Of a stretch of 46,770 bases of DNA, positions 21,027 through 29,763 are shown one piece after another. A program made the translations under genes and the position numbers. The notes under the pieces are model-generated. The model saw only the letters and a program-made list of their open reading frames with translations. It did no database searches and was not told the DNA's origin. Source of the stretch: Candidatus Woesearchaeota archaeon (GTDB taxonomy: Archaea; Nanobdellota; Nanobdellia; SCGC-AAA011-G17; GW2011-AR20); NCBI GenBank assembly GCA_964361505.1, contig CAYIAV010000001.1, positions 1 to 46,770 of the forward strand, given 5' to 3'. The stretch's first letter is position 1, and each line of letters opens with the position of its first letter.

Positions 21027-21329
21027 CTATTTGGAAAAAAAATGCCATGTGAAGAATAAAAATAATGCCAAACAAGAAAGAATTACTGTAATTGCAACAT
21101 CTCTAGACATGTTTTTGTAATCTTTATAGTCTTTTATTCTTAAAAGTAGAAAATATAACCCTATGAAAAGTATTAGTGAGAATATGCTTTTGGTTGTCCA
21201 GTGATGGCCGGAAATGTTCTTTAATAAATTTTTAAAAGGTTCTGATAGTTCTCCTATTAGAGTTATCAGAGTAACGGCTATAGTTGTGACGATTGTTGAA
21301 ATTGCAAGGGCTTTTATATTAAATTTCAT
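21027..21329 (-). CDS. Hypothetical membrane protein (100 aa, about 3 TM segments)
   Basis: Hydrophobic segments are present. It overlaps the upstream membrane ORF by 4 nt. Confidence 0.5.
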   Translation of the reverse strand: MKFNIKALAISTIVTTIAVTLITLIGELSEPFKNLLKNISGHHWTTKSIFSLILFIGLYFLLLRIKDYKDYKNMSRDVAITVILSCLALFLFFTWHFFSK

Positions 21330-21793
21330 ATTACTTTAGCCTCCAAAGCTGTTCTTGCACCTGTTGAGATTATATACCCCATAGCAGCCATAGCGAATCC
21401 TAATAGAATAATCAAGGCTGAAATTATTATTATTGATTTTCTAGCTGAATTATTTTTTAACAAATTATTTTTATAAATTAAACCTAGCACTAAAATTGAT
21501 AAGAAAGGGATAAACAAGAATATGTGTTCTTTTGTTTCTGTGAATATTAAGTGAGCCCATGGATTTGGACCTTCTTTTATCAAAGGTTTCACATTGTCTC
21601 CATAGTAGTTTAGATAATAATATCCTCCTGCTAGCCAAGATGAAAAGATAAATATTACCCCTAATATTGCTGCAATCTTTGCTCTTTTTATTCTTGTATT
21701 TGTAGGATTCATTAATTCAACTAAAATCCATAAAAATGTAAAAATTCCTAACTCTCCTAGAGCAGCGTGGATACCAACTAAAGGATTAACCAT
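21326..21793 (-). CDS. Hypothetical membrane protein (155 aa, about 4 TM segments)
   Basis: Hydrophobic segments are present. It is co-oriented with and overlaps the 21027 ORF. Confidence 0.55.
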   Translation of the reverse strand: MVNPLVGIHAALGELGIFTFLWILVELMNPTNTRIKRAKIAAILGVIFIFSSWLAGGYYYLNYYGDNVKPLIKEGPNPWAHLIFTETKEHIFLFIPFLSILVLGLIYKNNLLKNNSARKSIIIISALIILLGFAMAAMGYIISTGARTALEAKVI

Positions 21794-21865
21794 TAAAACT
21801 TTTATTGATTTATTTGTTTTTATATTTATGCTTTTAACCTTTTCAATTTTGAATAAATAGACCTC

Positions 21866-23749
21866 TTATCTTATTCTAATAACTTCTAAGTTCTTAGGGG
21901 CAACTGTTTCAATTCTTTCTAACTTATGTATTGTTGAGGCCAAGTCTAAACATTTAGAGCTTTCTCCATGCACTAAAATTATCTTTTTAGGTTTTGGATC
22001 TAAGCGATGAATAAAATTTAATAACTGCTTTCTGGAACTATGGCCTGAAAATCCTGATAATGTATGGATTGACATTTTTACATGGACTATATTATTTGTG
22101 TCAAATGTGATTTCTTTTTCTCCATTTTGAACTCTTCTTCCTAGAGAACCTTGGCCTTGATAAGAAACTATGATTAAGGAATTTCTTTCATCAGATGATA
22201 ATTCTTTAAAGTATTCAACTGAGGCTCCTGCATTTAACATTCCCGAGGTAGCAAGAATAACACAAGAACCACCTTCTAAGACTTCTTTCATTTCTTTTTG
22301 ACCTGCAATATGCTTAAAAACATCACTCAAAAATGGATTTTGATCTCTATGGAAAATTAATTTTTTTACTATGTTATTGAAATAATCAGGGTATGCTGTG
22401 TGGATTGCAGTTATGTCCCAGACTAAACCTTGAACATAAATAGGGACTCTTTCCATTTGTCCTGAGCGAATTAATTTTTCAATTATAACCATGACTTCTT
22501 GAGCTCTTCCAACACCTAAAACAGGAATCAAGACTTTTCCTTTTCTTTCTATTGTTTCTTTCACTATCTTAACTAATTCTTCTTCTGATTCTTTTCTTGC
22601 AGGAGGATTGTCATCTTTTCCACCATATGTAGCTTCTATCATTACTGTTTCTAAGCGAGGAAATCTAGTGTTTGCAGAAGATAATAAATTGGAAGTTTCA
22701 TAATTCAAGTCTCCACAGTATAAGAAATTGTGCAAACCATTTCCTATATGCAAATGAACTAAGGAACTACCTAAAACATGGCCTGCATTGTAGAATGTTA
22801 ACCTAACATCTGGGGTTACATCTGTAACCTCTTCATAATTTAAGGTAATAGTATGCTTTACCATTTCTTTAATGTCGGTGCTGGAATAAATTGATTTTTT
22901 GTTTTCTTTATTTGCAATTCCAATGTAATCTAAGCATAATAAAGCAGAAATATCCCTTGTTGGCTCTGTGCAGTAAACAGGGCCTTTATAACCCATCTTA
23001 TACAAATATGGGATTAATGCTGCATGATCTGTGTGAGGATGCGATAAAATAATTGCATCTAACTGTTCAATATCAAATTCTGGAGCGTCTAAATATGGAA
23101 ATGGTTCTTTGTCATTTGAAACATCTACTCCACAATCTAGTAATATTCTAGATTCTGGAGTTTGCAGTAAAAAACAAGACCTTCCAACTTGACGAGCAGC
23201 ACCTAGAAAACTAAGCCTGACCCATTCATCTTTTTTCTCTCTAATCCACCCATCGTAAATCCTATGCCCTACTTTATCCAAGAATTTTTTTCTATAATCA
23301 TTATTTTCAAATAAAACTTTTCTTATTTTTTCTATTATTACTGATCTTATTGCTGGTTTTCTTTTTACAATTGGAACCCATAATGTTTTCTCTTTTATTG
23401 ATTTTAATACTTCTCCACCTTTTCCTATTGCAATACCTGGTTTTTCAGCTTCAATCACTACAATTGATCTTTGGCGATCAAAGTTTATTTCAATTTCCCC
23501 AGCTTCAGAAGGTGTTTCTTTTTTGATTATTTCTTCTGCTTTTTCTTCTTCTAAGATAATTGAAGGATCAGGTCTTAGTTCAACTCTTTTTTTTATTTTG
23601 TCAACTATCTCTTTTAGAGTTCCATTGTTGTTTAAGAAGAATTCCTTGTTCTTCGTATACAATACAATATTTGCTCCTTCAAATCCTGAATCAGAAATTT
23701 CTGCTGACTCTGGGATATCTTTTAGTACTTCTTTTAATATATTTACCAT
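21866..23749 (-). CDS. fttA: aCPSF1/FttA: KH-domain beta-CASP metallo-beta-lactamase ribonuclease
   Basis: N-terminal KH repeats (IAIGKGGEVLKSI), the HPHTDHA metallo-beta-lactamase motif and a beta-CASP region are present. Size is 627 aa. Confidence 0.92.
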   Translation of the reverse strand: MVNILKEVLKDIPESAEISDSGFEGANIVLYTKNKEFFLNNNGTLKEIVDKIKKRVELRPDPSIILEEEKAEEIIKKETPSEAGEIEINFDRQRSIVVIEAEKPGIAIGKGGEVLKSIKEKTLWVPIVKRKPAIRSVIIEKIRKVLFENNDYRKKFLDKVGHRIYDGWIREKKDEWVRLSFLGAARQVGRSCFLLQTPESRILLDCGVDVSNDKEPFPYLDAPEFDIEQLDAIILSHPHTDHAALIPYLYKMGYKGPVYCTEPTRDISALLCLDYIGIANKENKKSIYSSTDIKEMVKHTITLNYEEVTDVTPDVRLTFYNAGHVLGSSLVHLHIGNGLHNFLYCGDLNYETSNLLSSANTRFPRLETVMIEATYGGKDDNPPARKESEEELVKIVKETIERKGKVLIPVLGVGRAQEVMVIIEKLIRSGQMERVPIYVQGLVWDITAIHTAYPDYFNNIVKKLIFHRDQNPFLSDVFKHIAGQKEMKEVLEGGSCVILATSGMLNAGASVEYFKELSSDERNSLIIVSYQGQGSLGRRVQNGEKEITFDTNNIVHVKMSIHTLSGFSGHSSRKQLLNFIHRLDPKPKKIILVHGESSKCLDLASTIHKLERIETVAPKNLEVIRIR

Positions 23750-23777
23750 CTATCAGAAAATTAAATTTTAAAGAACA

Positions 23778-24428
23778 TTATTCTAGGGAAATTCTTGCTT
23801 CTTTCTCCATTAAGGGTTGAACTCCTGCTTCTGTCACGGTTACAATGTCTATACCATCACCTGAAGCCATATCTCTTTGCACTGCTGCATTAATTGCTTT
23901 CTTTGCTAATTCTATGCCTTCTTTCATAGACATGTTGGGAGTATAAAGAGCTTCTAGAACTCCTATAGCAGTTATACTTCCAGAGCCTGTCGAGGCAAAG
24001 TCTGAATATTTAGTTATAGAACCATCTATTCCTAAGTCGAATAAATGGAATCCTTTTTGATCAACCCCCCCTAATAAGAATCCTACTATCCCAGGAATCA
24101 TACTTGGTCTTCTAATATTTGAATATAATAAATTACCTAATAGATTAGCTACTTCTGCGACATAAAGCGTTTTTCCCCTTCTTAATGAGTCTAAACGTAC
24201 CTGAGCCCTTATAATTCTTGTTAATAATTGAGCATCTGAGACTAATCCAGCATGAGTTATTGCAATATAATCACTAATTTTTGCTATTTTTCTTTGTCTC
24301 TTATTAACTATCATATAGCCTGCACTTGTTCTTTTGTCTGCAGCAAATACTATACCATCTTTACAAATAAGTCCTAATGTTGTTGTTCCTGTTTTTACGA
24401 CCTCTTTGCTTATCGATTCTGTTCTCAT
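23778..24428 (-). CDS. psmB: Proteasome beta subunit
   Basis: A propeptide is followed by TTTLGLICKDGIVFAADKR. The GSGS region is also present. Confidence 0.93.
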   Translation of the reverse strand: MRTESISKEVVKTGTTTLGLICKDGIVFAADKRTSAGYMIVNKRQRKIAKISDYIAITHAGLVSDAQLLTRIIRAQVRLDSLRRGKTLYVAEVANLLGNLLYSNIRRPSMIPGIVGFLLGGVDQKGFHLFDLGIDGSITKYSDFASTGSGSITAIGVLEALYTPNMSMKEGIELAKKAINAAVQRDMASGDGIDIVTVTEAGVQPLMEKEARISLE

Positions 24429-24484
24429 ATTATTTTCCCTCTCTAAATTGGAAGAATTAATCTTATTTTTTGTTATTTTTTAAG

Positions 24485-24494
24485 TTTATATAAA
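24485..24494 (-). promoter_or_regulatory. TATA box for psmB (minus-strand ctttatataaac)
   Basis: The plus strand reads gtttatataaag. A minus-strand GAGAGGG SD lies just before the psmB ATG. Confidence 0.35.
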
Positions 24495-24514
24495 GCTTTT
24501 GGTTTTGAGGGCTT

Positions 24515-24564
24515 TGTGTAAAAAGTGCCTTCTGTGTATAAAGTAGCAAATCTGTGTAAAAAGT
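24515..24564. repeat. Three direct repeats TGTGTA(A/T)AAAGT spaced 18 and 20 nt
   Basis: Copies lie at 24515-26, 24533-44 and 24553-64. They sit between the 80-aa ORF stop and the psmB promoter. Confidence 0.85.
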
Positions 24565-24807
24565 CTATTTATTTTCAAATGACCTTATACCTACATCTTT
24601 CAAGGCTTCTTTAACATCCTTATACTCTTTTTTCAGCCAAACCTTGAAAATCAGCTCTTTTTTGAGGTAAAACATCAAATGGTTGTTAATTAGCTCAACC
24701 TTATCAGCCCATAAACGATGAGGCTCTTCAAACTTGTCTTTATTGTAGTAACTAACTAAAAAGTGCATAGGCTCTTTTGATTTAAGAGATTCTAGAGGTT
24801 TAGGCAT
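24565..24807 (-). CDS. Hypothetical 80-aa protein flanked by repeat arrays
   Basis: It is the only ORF in a 676-bp gap. I find no SD and no recognisable motifs. Confidence 0.4.
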   Translation of the reverse strand: MPKPLESLKSKEPMHFLVSYYNKDKFEEPHRLWADKVELINNHLMFYLKKELIFKVWLKKEYKDVKEALKDVGIRSFENK

Positions 24808-24849
24808 TTAATTTTGATAATCTATAAGGTTTTTAAGTTTTATCTAAAC

Positions 24850-24908
24850 TTTATGGACAGTTTATAGACAAGAGAAGACTTTATAGACAAAAGAGGGATT
24901 TATGGACT
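24850..24908. repeat. Four direct repeats TTTAT(G/A)GAC(A/T)
   Basis: Copies lie at 24850-59, 24861-70, 24880-89 and 24899-908. They are upstream of the 80-aa ORF in its own orientation. Confidence 0.85.
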
Positions 24909-25072
24909 GTGTTGGTTTTGAGTATCCGTTTAGCTAACCGAAAATAACAAGGTTAAGTCAACTCTAGTGAGTTGAGAAAATTTAGACTAACCTACAAGCT
25001 TTAAGACATTAAAGTAAATGCATTAATTTTTGCTTTGCGCCTTTAAGTTGACTGTGCCAAATAACAAATAGT

Positions 25073-25080
25073 TTTATAAA
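25073..25080 (+). promoter_or_regulatory. TTTATAAA TATA box about 25-32 nt upstream of the PIN/rpoE' operon ATG
   Basis: The sequence is agtTTTATAAAtag, with the ATG at 25105. Confidence 0.4.
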
Positions 25081-25104
25081 TAGTATTTTTTCTTCATTTA
25101 ACAA

Positions 25105-25467
25105 ATGTATACAATAGTACTTGATACAAATTTTTTGATTACAGCTTTAAAATTTAAAATAGATTTATTTGAGGAAATTGAAAAAATATGCATTTTTGAT
25201 TATGATATAGCGGTTTTAGATAAAACTTTAAATGAATTAAAAGGAAAATCTAATGAAAAATTGATAAAAGATTTAATAAACAAAAAAAAAGTTAACATTA
25301 TAAAAACAGATACAAAAGATTATGTTGATGATATTTTAGCAGGACTAGACAATAATTTTATAATAGCTACACAAGACATAGGTTTAAAAAGAAGATTGGA
25401 GATTAGAAAAATGCCCATAATCTTTATAAGGCAGAAAAAATATTTGGAATTGAAAAATGTTTTATGA
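25105..25467 (+). CDS. PIN-domain protein (Fcf1/Utp24-like) of the conserved archaeal rpoE' cluster
   Basis: It begins with IVLDTNFLI, has an acidic residue in IIATQD, and precedes rpoE' as in many archaea. Confidence 0.75.
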   Translation: MYTIVLDTNFLITALKFKIDLFEEIEKICIFDYDIAVLDKTLNELKGKSNEKLIKDLINKKKVNIIKTDTKDYVDDILAGLDNNFIIATQDIGLKRRLEIRKMPIIFIRQKKYLELKNVL

Positions 25468-26017
25468 AGTAACACTAAAAAGCCATATTCGAGTACCCCC
25501 TCATCTATTTGGAGATGACACAAAAGATTCTATCTTGAAGAGATTAAGGGAGCAATTTAATACAATGGTTTCTAAGGATTTCGGAATTATTATTGCAGTT
25601 TCTAATATTGAATCTGTTGGAGAAGGAGTGATAATTCCGGGAGATGGGGCTGCTTATTATGACACCACTTTTAAAGTTCTTGTTTTTAAACCTGAATTAC
25701 AGGAAGTTATTTTAGGAACTATTACTGACATTGCCGATTTTGGAGCATTTATGGATATTGGTCCAGTAGATGGAATGATTCATATTAGTCAAACAATGGA
25801 TGATTTTGTGAATTTTAGCAAGACTAATGTTTTAACTGGGAAAGAAACTAAGAAATCTTTGAAAGTTAAAGATTCTTGCAGAGCAAGAATTATTGCAGTG
25901 AGCTATAAAAATATTAATGAGCCAAAAATAGGATTGACTATGAGGCAGCCAAGATTTGGCAAACTGGAAGATATTGAAAGGGAAATTAAGGATGCTAAGG
26001 GAGAAGGCAAGAAGTAA
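25457..26017 (+). CDS. rpoE: DNA-directed RNA polymerase subunit E' (Rpo7) with an S1 domain
   Basis: MFYEVTLKSHIRVPPHLFG is followed by the S1 fold GTITDIADFGAFMDIGPVDGMIHISQ. Confidence 0.9.
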   Translation: MFYEVTLKSHIRVPPHLFGDDTKDSILKRLREQFNTMVSKDFGIIIAVSNIESVGEGVIIPGDGAAYYDTTFKVLVFKPELQEVILGTITDIADFGAFMDIGPVDGMIHISQTMDDFVNFSKTNVLTGKETKKSLKVKDSCRARIIAVSYKNINEPKIGLTMRQPRFGKLEDIEREIKDAKGEGKK

Positions 26018-26019
26018 AT

Positions 26020-26202
26020 ATGGCAAGAAAAGTATGTAAAAAATGCAAATTATTTGTGGAAAAAGATAAATGCCCTATTTGTGGGGGCAATCAGTTTAAT
26101 GATGCATGGAAAGGAAGGATAACTATTTTAAAATTTGATAAATCTGAGATTGCTGGAAAAATTGGGATTACTGCTAATGGAGAGTATGTTATTAAAATAT
26201 GA
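26020..26202 (+). CDS. spt4: Transcription elongation factor Spt4 / RNA polymerase subunit E''
   Basis: The protein is 60 aa, has the zinc ribbon CKKCK...CPICG, and then W.GRITIL. Confidence 0.85.
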   Translation: MARKVCKKCKLFVEKDKCPICGGNQFNDAWKGRITILKFDKSEIAGKIGITANGEYVIKI

Positions 26203-26498
26203 AGATTGTACAAAAAATTAATCATCCTTTATTGAAGAGAGATCAGGTAGTTTTTGAAATAGAACATAAAGGAGCAAAGACTCCAAAAACTGATGAACTT
26301 TTGCAGAAGATTGTTGAGATTACTAAGACTTCCCAAGAACTTATTAAAATTAAACGTGTTATTCCGGAATATGGAGCTGCGAAATCTAAGATTATAGCTA
26401 ACATTTACAGAGATGAAAACGCTTTCAAGCATATTGAAATAATCAGAAAGAAATCTAAAAAGAAAGAAGATGGCAAAAAAGAAGCAAGTAAAGAATAA
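26199..26498 (+). CDS. rps24e: 30S ribosomal protein S24e
   Basis: NHPLLKRDQVVFEIEHKGAKTPK...YGAAKSKIIANIYRDENAFKHIE matches S24e. Confidence 0.9.
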   Translation: MKIVQKINHPLLKRDQVVFEIEHKGAKTPKTDELLQKIVEITKTSQELIKIKRVIPEYGAAKSKIIANIYRDENAFKHIEIIRKKSKKKEDGKKEASKE

Positions 26499-26652
26499 GA
26501 ATCCTAGTAAAAAGTGGACTAAATTTAAGCTACTAGATGGTAAAGTTACCAGAGCTAGGAATTGCCCTAAATGTGGTCCAGGTGTTTTTTTTGCAGAACA
26601 TAAAGACAGATTGTATTGTGGGCACTGCCATTATTTGGAAGTTAAGAACTAA
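26470..26652 (+). CDS. rps27ae: 30S ribosomal protein S27ae
   Basis: The CPKCGPGVFFAEHKDRLYCGHC zinc ribbon is present. It overlaps the S24e 3' end by 29 nt. Confidence 0.88.
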   Translation: MAKKKQVKNKNPSKKWTKFKLLDGKVTRARNCPKCGPGVFFAEHKDRLYCGHCHYLEVKN

Positions 26653-26980
26653 TTTTTTATAACTGTGTCATATTTAAGGGAAATTTTAATTGCATTTGCT
26701 GAAGCTAATAATTTAGAATGCAGAGCAGACTTTGTGAATAGAACGCTAGTTTATTCTTGGTTTGATGATTCAAGGAAAGATACACTTTGCAATATAAGCT
26801 AGGTTTGTTTTCTAGAAGAATATAAATTTTAAAACCCACAAGGTCAGCCCGAGAGCCAACCCTATGGGAAAAAGAGGTGATATAATATATGGATACCAAC
26901 ATATATTTAAATCTTTCTATTGTAGTTATTTTTAAGTGGTTACATAATAGGATTTTTAATCTCTTTGCTTCTATTAATTT

Positions 26981-27547
26981 ATGCCTACAGAAAAAGAAAG
27001 AGAAATTGGGGAGTTTATTTCTAGAGAACTTAAGGGAAGAAACTTAAATCCGGAGTATGTTGGAAGAATTATTTATGGCTATTTGGGGTTTGAAAATTCT
27101 AATCCAGGCTTTAGAGATCATGCTCCTGAAACGGGGGCACTATATGTGCAATTAGTTTTAAATGGTTTTATGTATAGTACTGATGGAAATACTGCAAGAG
27201 TTTTGGAAAAGAGAAAAAGTTTGAGTAGATTGGCCACACTATTATTTGCTATTGGAGTTGAACGTGAACACTTTTTAATTAAGACAATATCAGAATATGA
27301 TCATGATTTTGTTTATCCTCCAGAAAAGGGAATATGTTTTTCTGCTTTAAGATTAGTCCATGATGATCTTGAGATAATAGAACGAGAATCTATTTCTAAT
27401 CAAGAATTAGTAGATAGAATACAAATCTACTTTGTTAATTTAAGGTCTGCACATGGAGATGGAGAAACTCCTGTTAAAGTTTTAGAACACTTACTAAAAA
27501 GAGTTCCAGAATTGTCTGGTTATAGAATTCATTTTAAAAAGATTTAA
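26981..27547 (+). CDS. Hypothetical 188-aa protein directly upstream of aEF-2
   Basis: ORF with TATA-like gatttttaatc about 24 nt upstream. I recognise no motifs. Confidence 0.5.
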   Translation: MPTEKEREIGEFISRELKGRNLNPEYVGRIIYGYLGFENSNPGFRDHAPETGALYVQLVLNGFMYSTDGNTARVLEKRKSLSRLATLLFAIGVEREHFLIKTISEYDHDFVYPPEKGICFSALRLVHDDLEIIERESISNQELVDRIQIYFVNLRSAHGDGETPVKVLEHLLKRVPELSGYRIHFKKI

Positions 27548-27550
27548 AAA
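27542..27550 (+). promoter_or_regulatory. TATA-like atttaaaaa about 27 nt upstream of the aEF-2 ATG, overlapping the upstream stop codon
   Basis: The sequence is agATTTAAAAAcac. The stop codon of the 26981 ORF is at 27545-47 and the aEF-2 ATG is at 27574. Confidence 0.35.
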
Positions 27551-27573
27551 CACTTTACATTTCCAATACTTAA

Positions 27574-29763
27574 ATGGCAGATGCGGATGTTGTAAAAAGA
27601 ATAAGAGAGTTAATGAATAATCCTGAGTATATTAGGAACATATGTACATGTGCACATATTGATCATGGCAAGACTACGTTTTCAGACAATTTGCTTTTAG
27701 GTGCAGGAATGATTTCTGAAGAATTGGCAGGAAAACAGCTATCTTTAGATTTTCATGAAGATGAAAAGGAGAGAGGAATTACAATTGATGCTGCTAATGT
27801 TTCCATGATTCATAAGTTAGGAGATAAAGAATTTTTAATCAATTTAATTGATACTCCCGGGCATGTTGATTTTGGTGGAGATGTAACAAGAGCCATGAGA
27901 GCATGTGATGGGGCTATTGTTTTAGTTTGTGCTGTTGAAGGAATTATGCCTCAGACAGAAACTGTGTTAAAACAAGCTTTAAGAGAAAGAGTCAAGCCTA
28001 TCTTATTTATCAATAAAGTTGATAGATTGATTAAAGAAGTTAAGCTAACTCCTGAAGCAATGCAGCAAAGATTCATTAAGATTATAACAGATGTTAACAA
28101 ATTAATTAAGAGTATCGCACCTGAAGAATATAAAGAGAAATGGCAAGTCAATGTTCAAGATGGAAGTGTTGCTTTTGGAAGCGCTTTTCACAAATGGGGA
28201 TTAAGTGTTCCTTATATGCAGAAGCATGGAATTTCTTTTAAAGATGTTATTGAGGCTTATAACTCTGAAAAACAAACTGAACTGGCAAAAAAAGCTCCTA
28301 TGCATCAGGTTGTTTTAGATATTGTTACAAGACATCATCCTAACCCTAGACAAGCTCAGGCTTATAGAATACCAAAAATTTGGCAAGGGGATTTGGAATC
28401 TAGTTTAGGAAAATCTTTGTTAAGTTGCGATTCTAATGGGGAAGTTGCATTTGTTGTTACTAAAATTGTTGTTGATAAACATGCAGGAGAAGTTGCTGCT
28501 GGAAGATTATTTTCTGGAACTGTAAAACAAGGGCAAGAAGTTTACATGATTGGAGCTAAAAGAAAATTAAGAGTACAGCAAGTTAATGTTTACAAAGGAT
28601 CTCAAAGATTTCAGGTAGAAAGTGCAGTTGCGGGAAATATTGTGGGGCTTATTGGATTAAAAGATGCTTTTGCAGGCGAAACTGTTTCAAGTGTTGAGAT
28701 TGAACCTTTTGAGGCGATTAAACATATTTTTGAACCTGTTGTTACTAAGTCAATTGAAGCAAAAAAAGCAAGTGACTTGCCTAAACTAGTTGAAGTTTTA
28801 AGGCAAGTAAATAAGGAAGATCCCTGTATTTTTGTTTCTATCAATGAAGAAACTGGAGAAAATCTGATTGCTGGGATGGGGGAACTACATTTAGAAGTTG
28901 TTGAGAACAGGATTAGAAAAGAAAAGGGTGTTGATGTCAAAACCTCTAATCCTATTGTTGTTTATAGAGAATCTATTTTGAAAAAGTCCAGGGAAATTGA
29001 AGGTAAGAGTCCCAATAAACATAATAAGTTTTATTTCACTGTTGAACCAATACCTGATAATGTTTATGAAGCAATTAAAAGTGGAGAAATTCCAGATGGA
29101 AGGATAAAGAAAAATGATAGGGAACTTTGGAATAACTTTGTTAAATTAGGGTATGAAATGAAGGAAGCGAGAAGCATTAAGCAGATTTTTAATGGGAATA
29201 TTTTGATTGACTCGAGTAAAGGCATTGTTCACATTGGTGAGGTAATTGAACTGATTATGGATGGTTTTGAACAAGTTATAAAAGAAGGACCATTAGCAAG
29301 AGAGCCTGGAATTAAAATGGTAGTAAGATTGAAGGATACTACATTACATGAAGATGCTATTCATAGAGGGCCTTCACAAGTATTACCTGCTGTAAGAGAG
29401 TCTATTAGAGGAGCTATGATTGATGCCCAGGCAATTTTATTTGAGCCTTTGCAAATTTTACAAGTAGATATACCTGCTGAATACTTGGGGGAGATTTCTA
29501 AACTTGTTGGGAATAAGAGAGGACAACTTTTGACTGTTGAGCAAGAAGGAGTGCATATAACATGTAAGATTAAATTACCTGTTGCTGAAATGTTTGGACT
29601 AAGCAATGATTTGAGAAGTGCAACTGAAGGAAGAGGAAGTTTTTTCGTTGTTGATCAAGCTTTTGAGAGATTACCTGCTGAATTACAAGATAAGGTAATT
29701 AAAAGCATAAGACAAAGAAAAGGATTGAAGACTGAAACTGTTTCTGAATCTGAAGAGAAGTGA
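27574..29763 (+). CDS. fusA: Elongation factor aEF-2
   Basis: AHIDHGKTT, DTPGHVDF and NKVD are present. The diphthamide-loop region is HEDAIHRGPSQ. Size is 729 aa. Confidence 0.96.
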   Translation: MADADVVKRIRELMNNPEYIRNICTCAHIDHGKTTFSDNLLLGAGMISEELAGKQLSLDFHEDEKERGITIDAANVSMIHKLGDKEFLINLIDTPGHVDFGGDVTRAMRACDGAIVLVCAVEGIMPQTETVLKQALRERVKPILFINKVDRLIKEVKLTPEAMQQRFIKIITDVNKLIKSIAPEEYKEKWQVNVQDGSVAFGSAFHKWGLSVPYMQKHGISFKDVIEAYNSEKQTELAKKAPMHQVVLDIVTRHHPNPRQAQAYRIPKIWQGDLESSLGKSLLSCDSNGEVAFVVTKIVVDKHAGEVAAGRLFSGTVKQGQEVYMIGAKRKLRVQQVNVYKGSQRFQVESAVAGNIVGLIGLKDAFAGETVSSVEIEPFEAIKHIFEPVVTKSIEAKKASDLPKLVEVLRQVNKEDPCIFVSINEETGENLIAGMGELHLEVVENRIRKEKGVDVKTSNPIVVYRESILKKSREIEGKSPNKHNKFYFTVEPIPDNVYEAIKSGEIPDGRIKKNDRELWNNFVKLGYEMKEARSIKQIFNGNILIDSSKGIVHIGEVIELIMDGFEQVIKEGPLAREPGIKMVVRLKDTTLHEDAIHRGPSQVLPAVRESIRGAMIDAQAILFEPLQILQVDIPAEYLGEISKLVGNKRGQLLTVEQEGVHITCKIKLPVAEMFGLSNDLRSATEGRGSFFVVDQAFERLPAELQDKVIKSIRQRKGLKTETVSESEEK

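Noticed and set aside
23523-23820. ORFs 23523-23771(+) and 23560-23820(+) lie opposite the aCPSF1 5' end.
   Set aside because: They are Phe/Leu/Ser-rich shadows of the KH-domain coding region.
24430-25104. I considered that the repeat-rich gap is the chromosomal replication origin.
   Set aside because: There is no orc1/cdc6 or other replication gene adjacent. The repeats are direct rather than the inverted ORB pairs that flank an AT-rich unwinding element. I have no skew information from a single window. I kept it only as one of several possibilities in the findings.
25320-26432. ORFs 25320-25523(-), 25832-26026(-) and 26229-26432(-) lie opposite the PIN/rpoE'/S24e genes.
   Set aside because: They are shadows inside a conserved, tightly packed plus-strand operon.
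26762-26768. A UGAUGA C-box-like hexamer suggested a C/D-box sRNA in the spacer.
   Set aside because: No CUGA D box lies at the expected 40-60 nt downstream on that strand, and there is no terminal stem.
26705-26902. A 65-aa minus-strand ORF lies in the S27ae-26981 spacer.
   Set aside because: It has no promoter or SD on that strand and an odd composition. I treat the region as non-coding or as a possible RNA instead.
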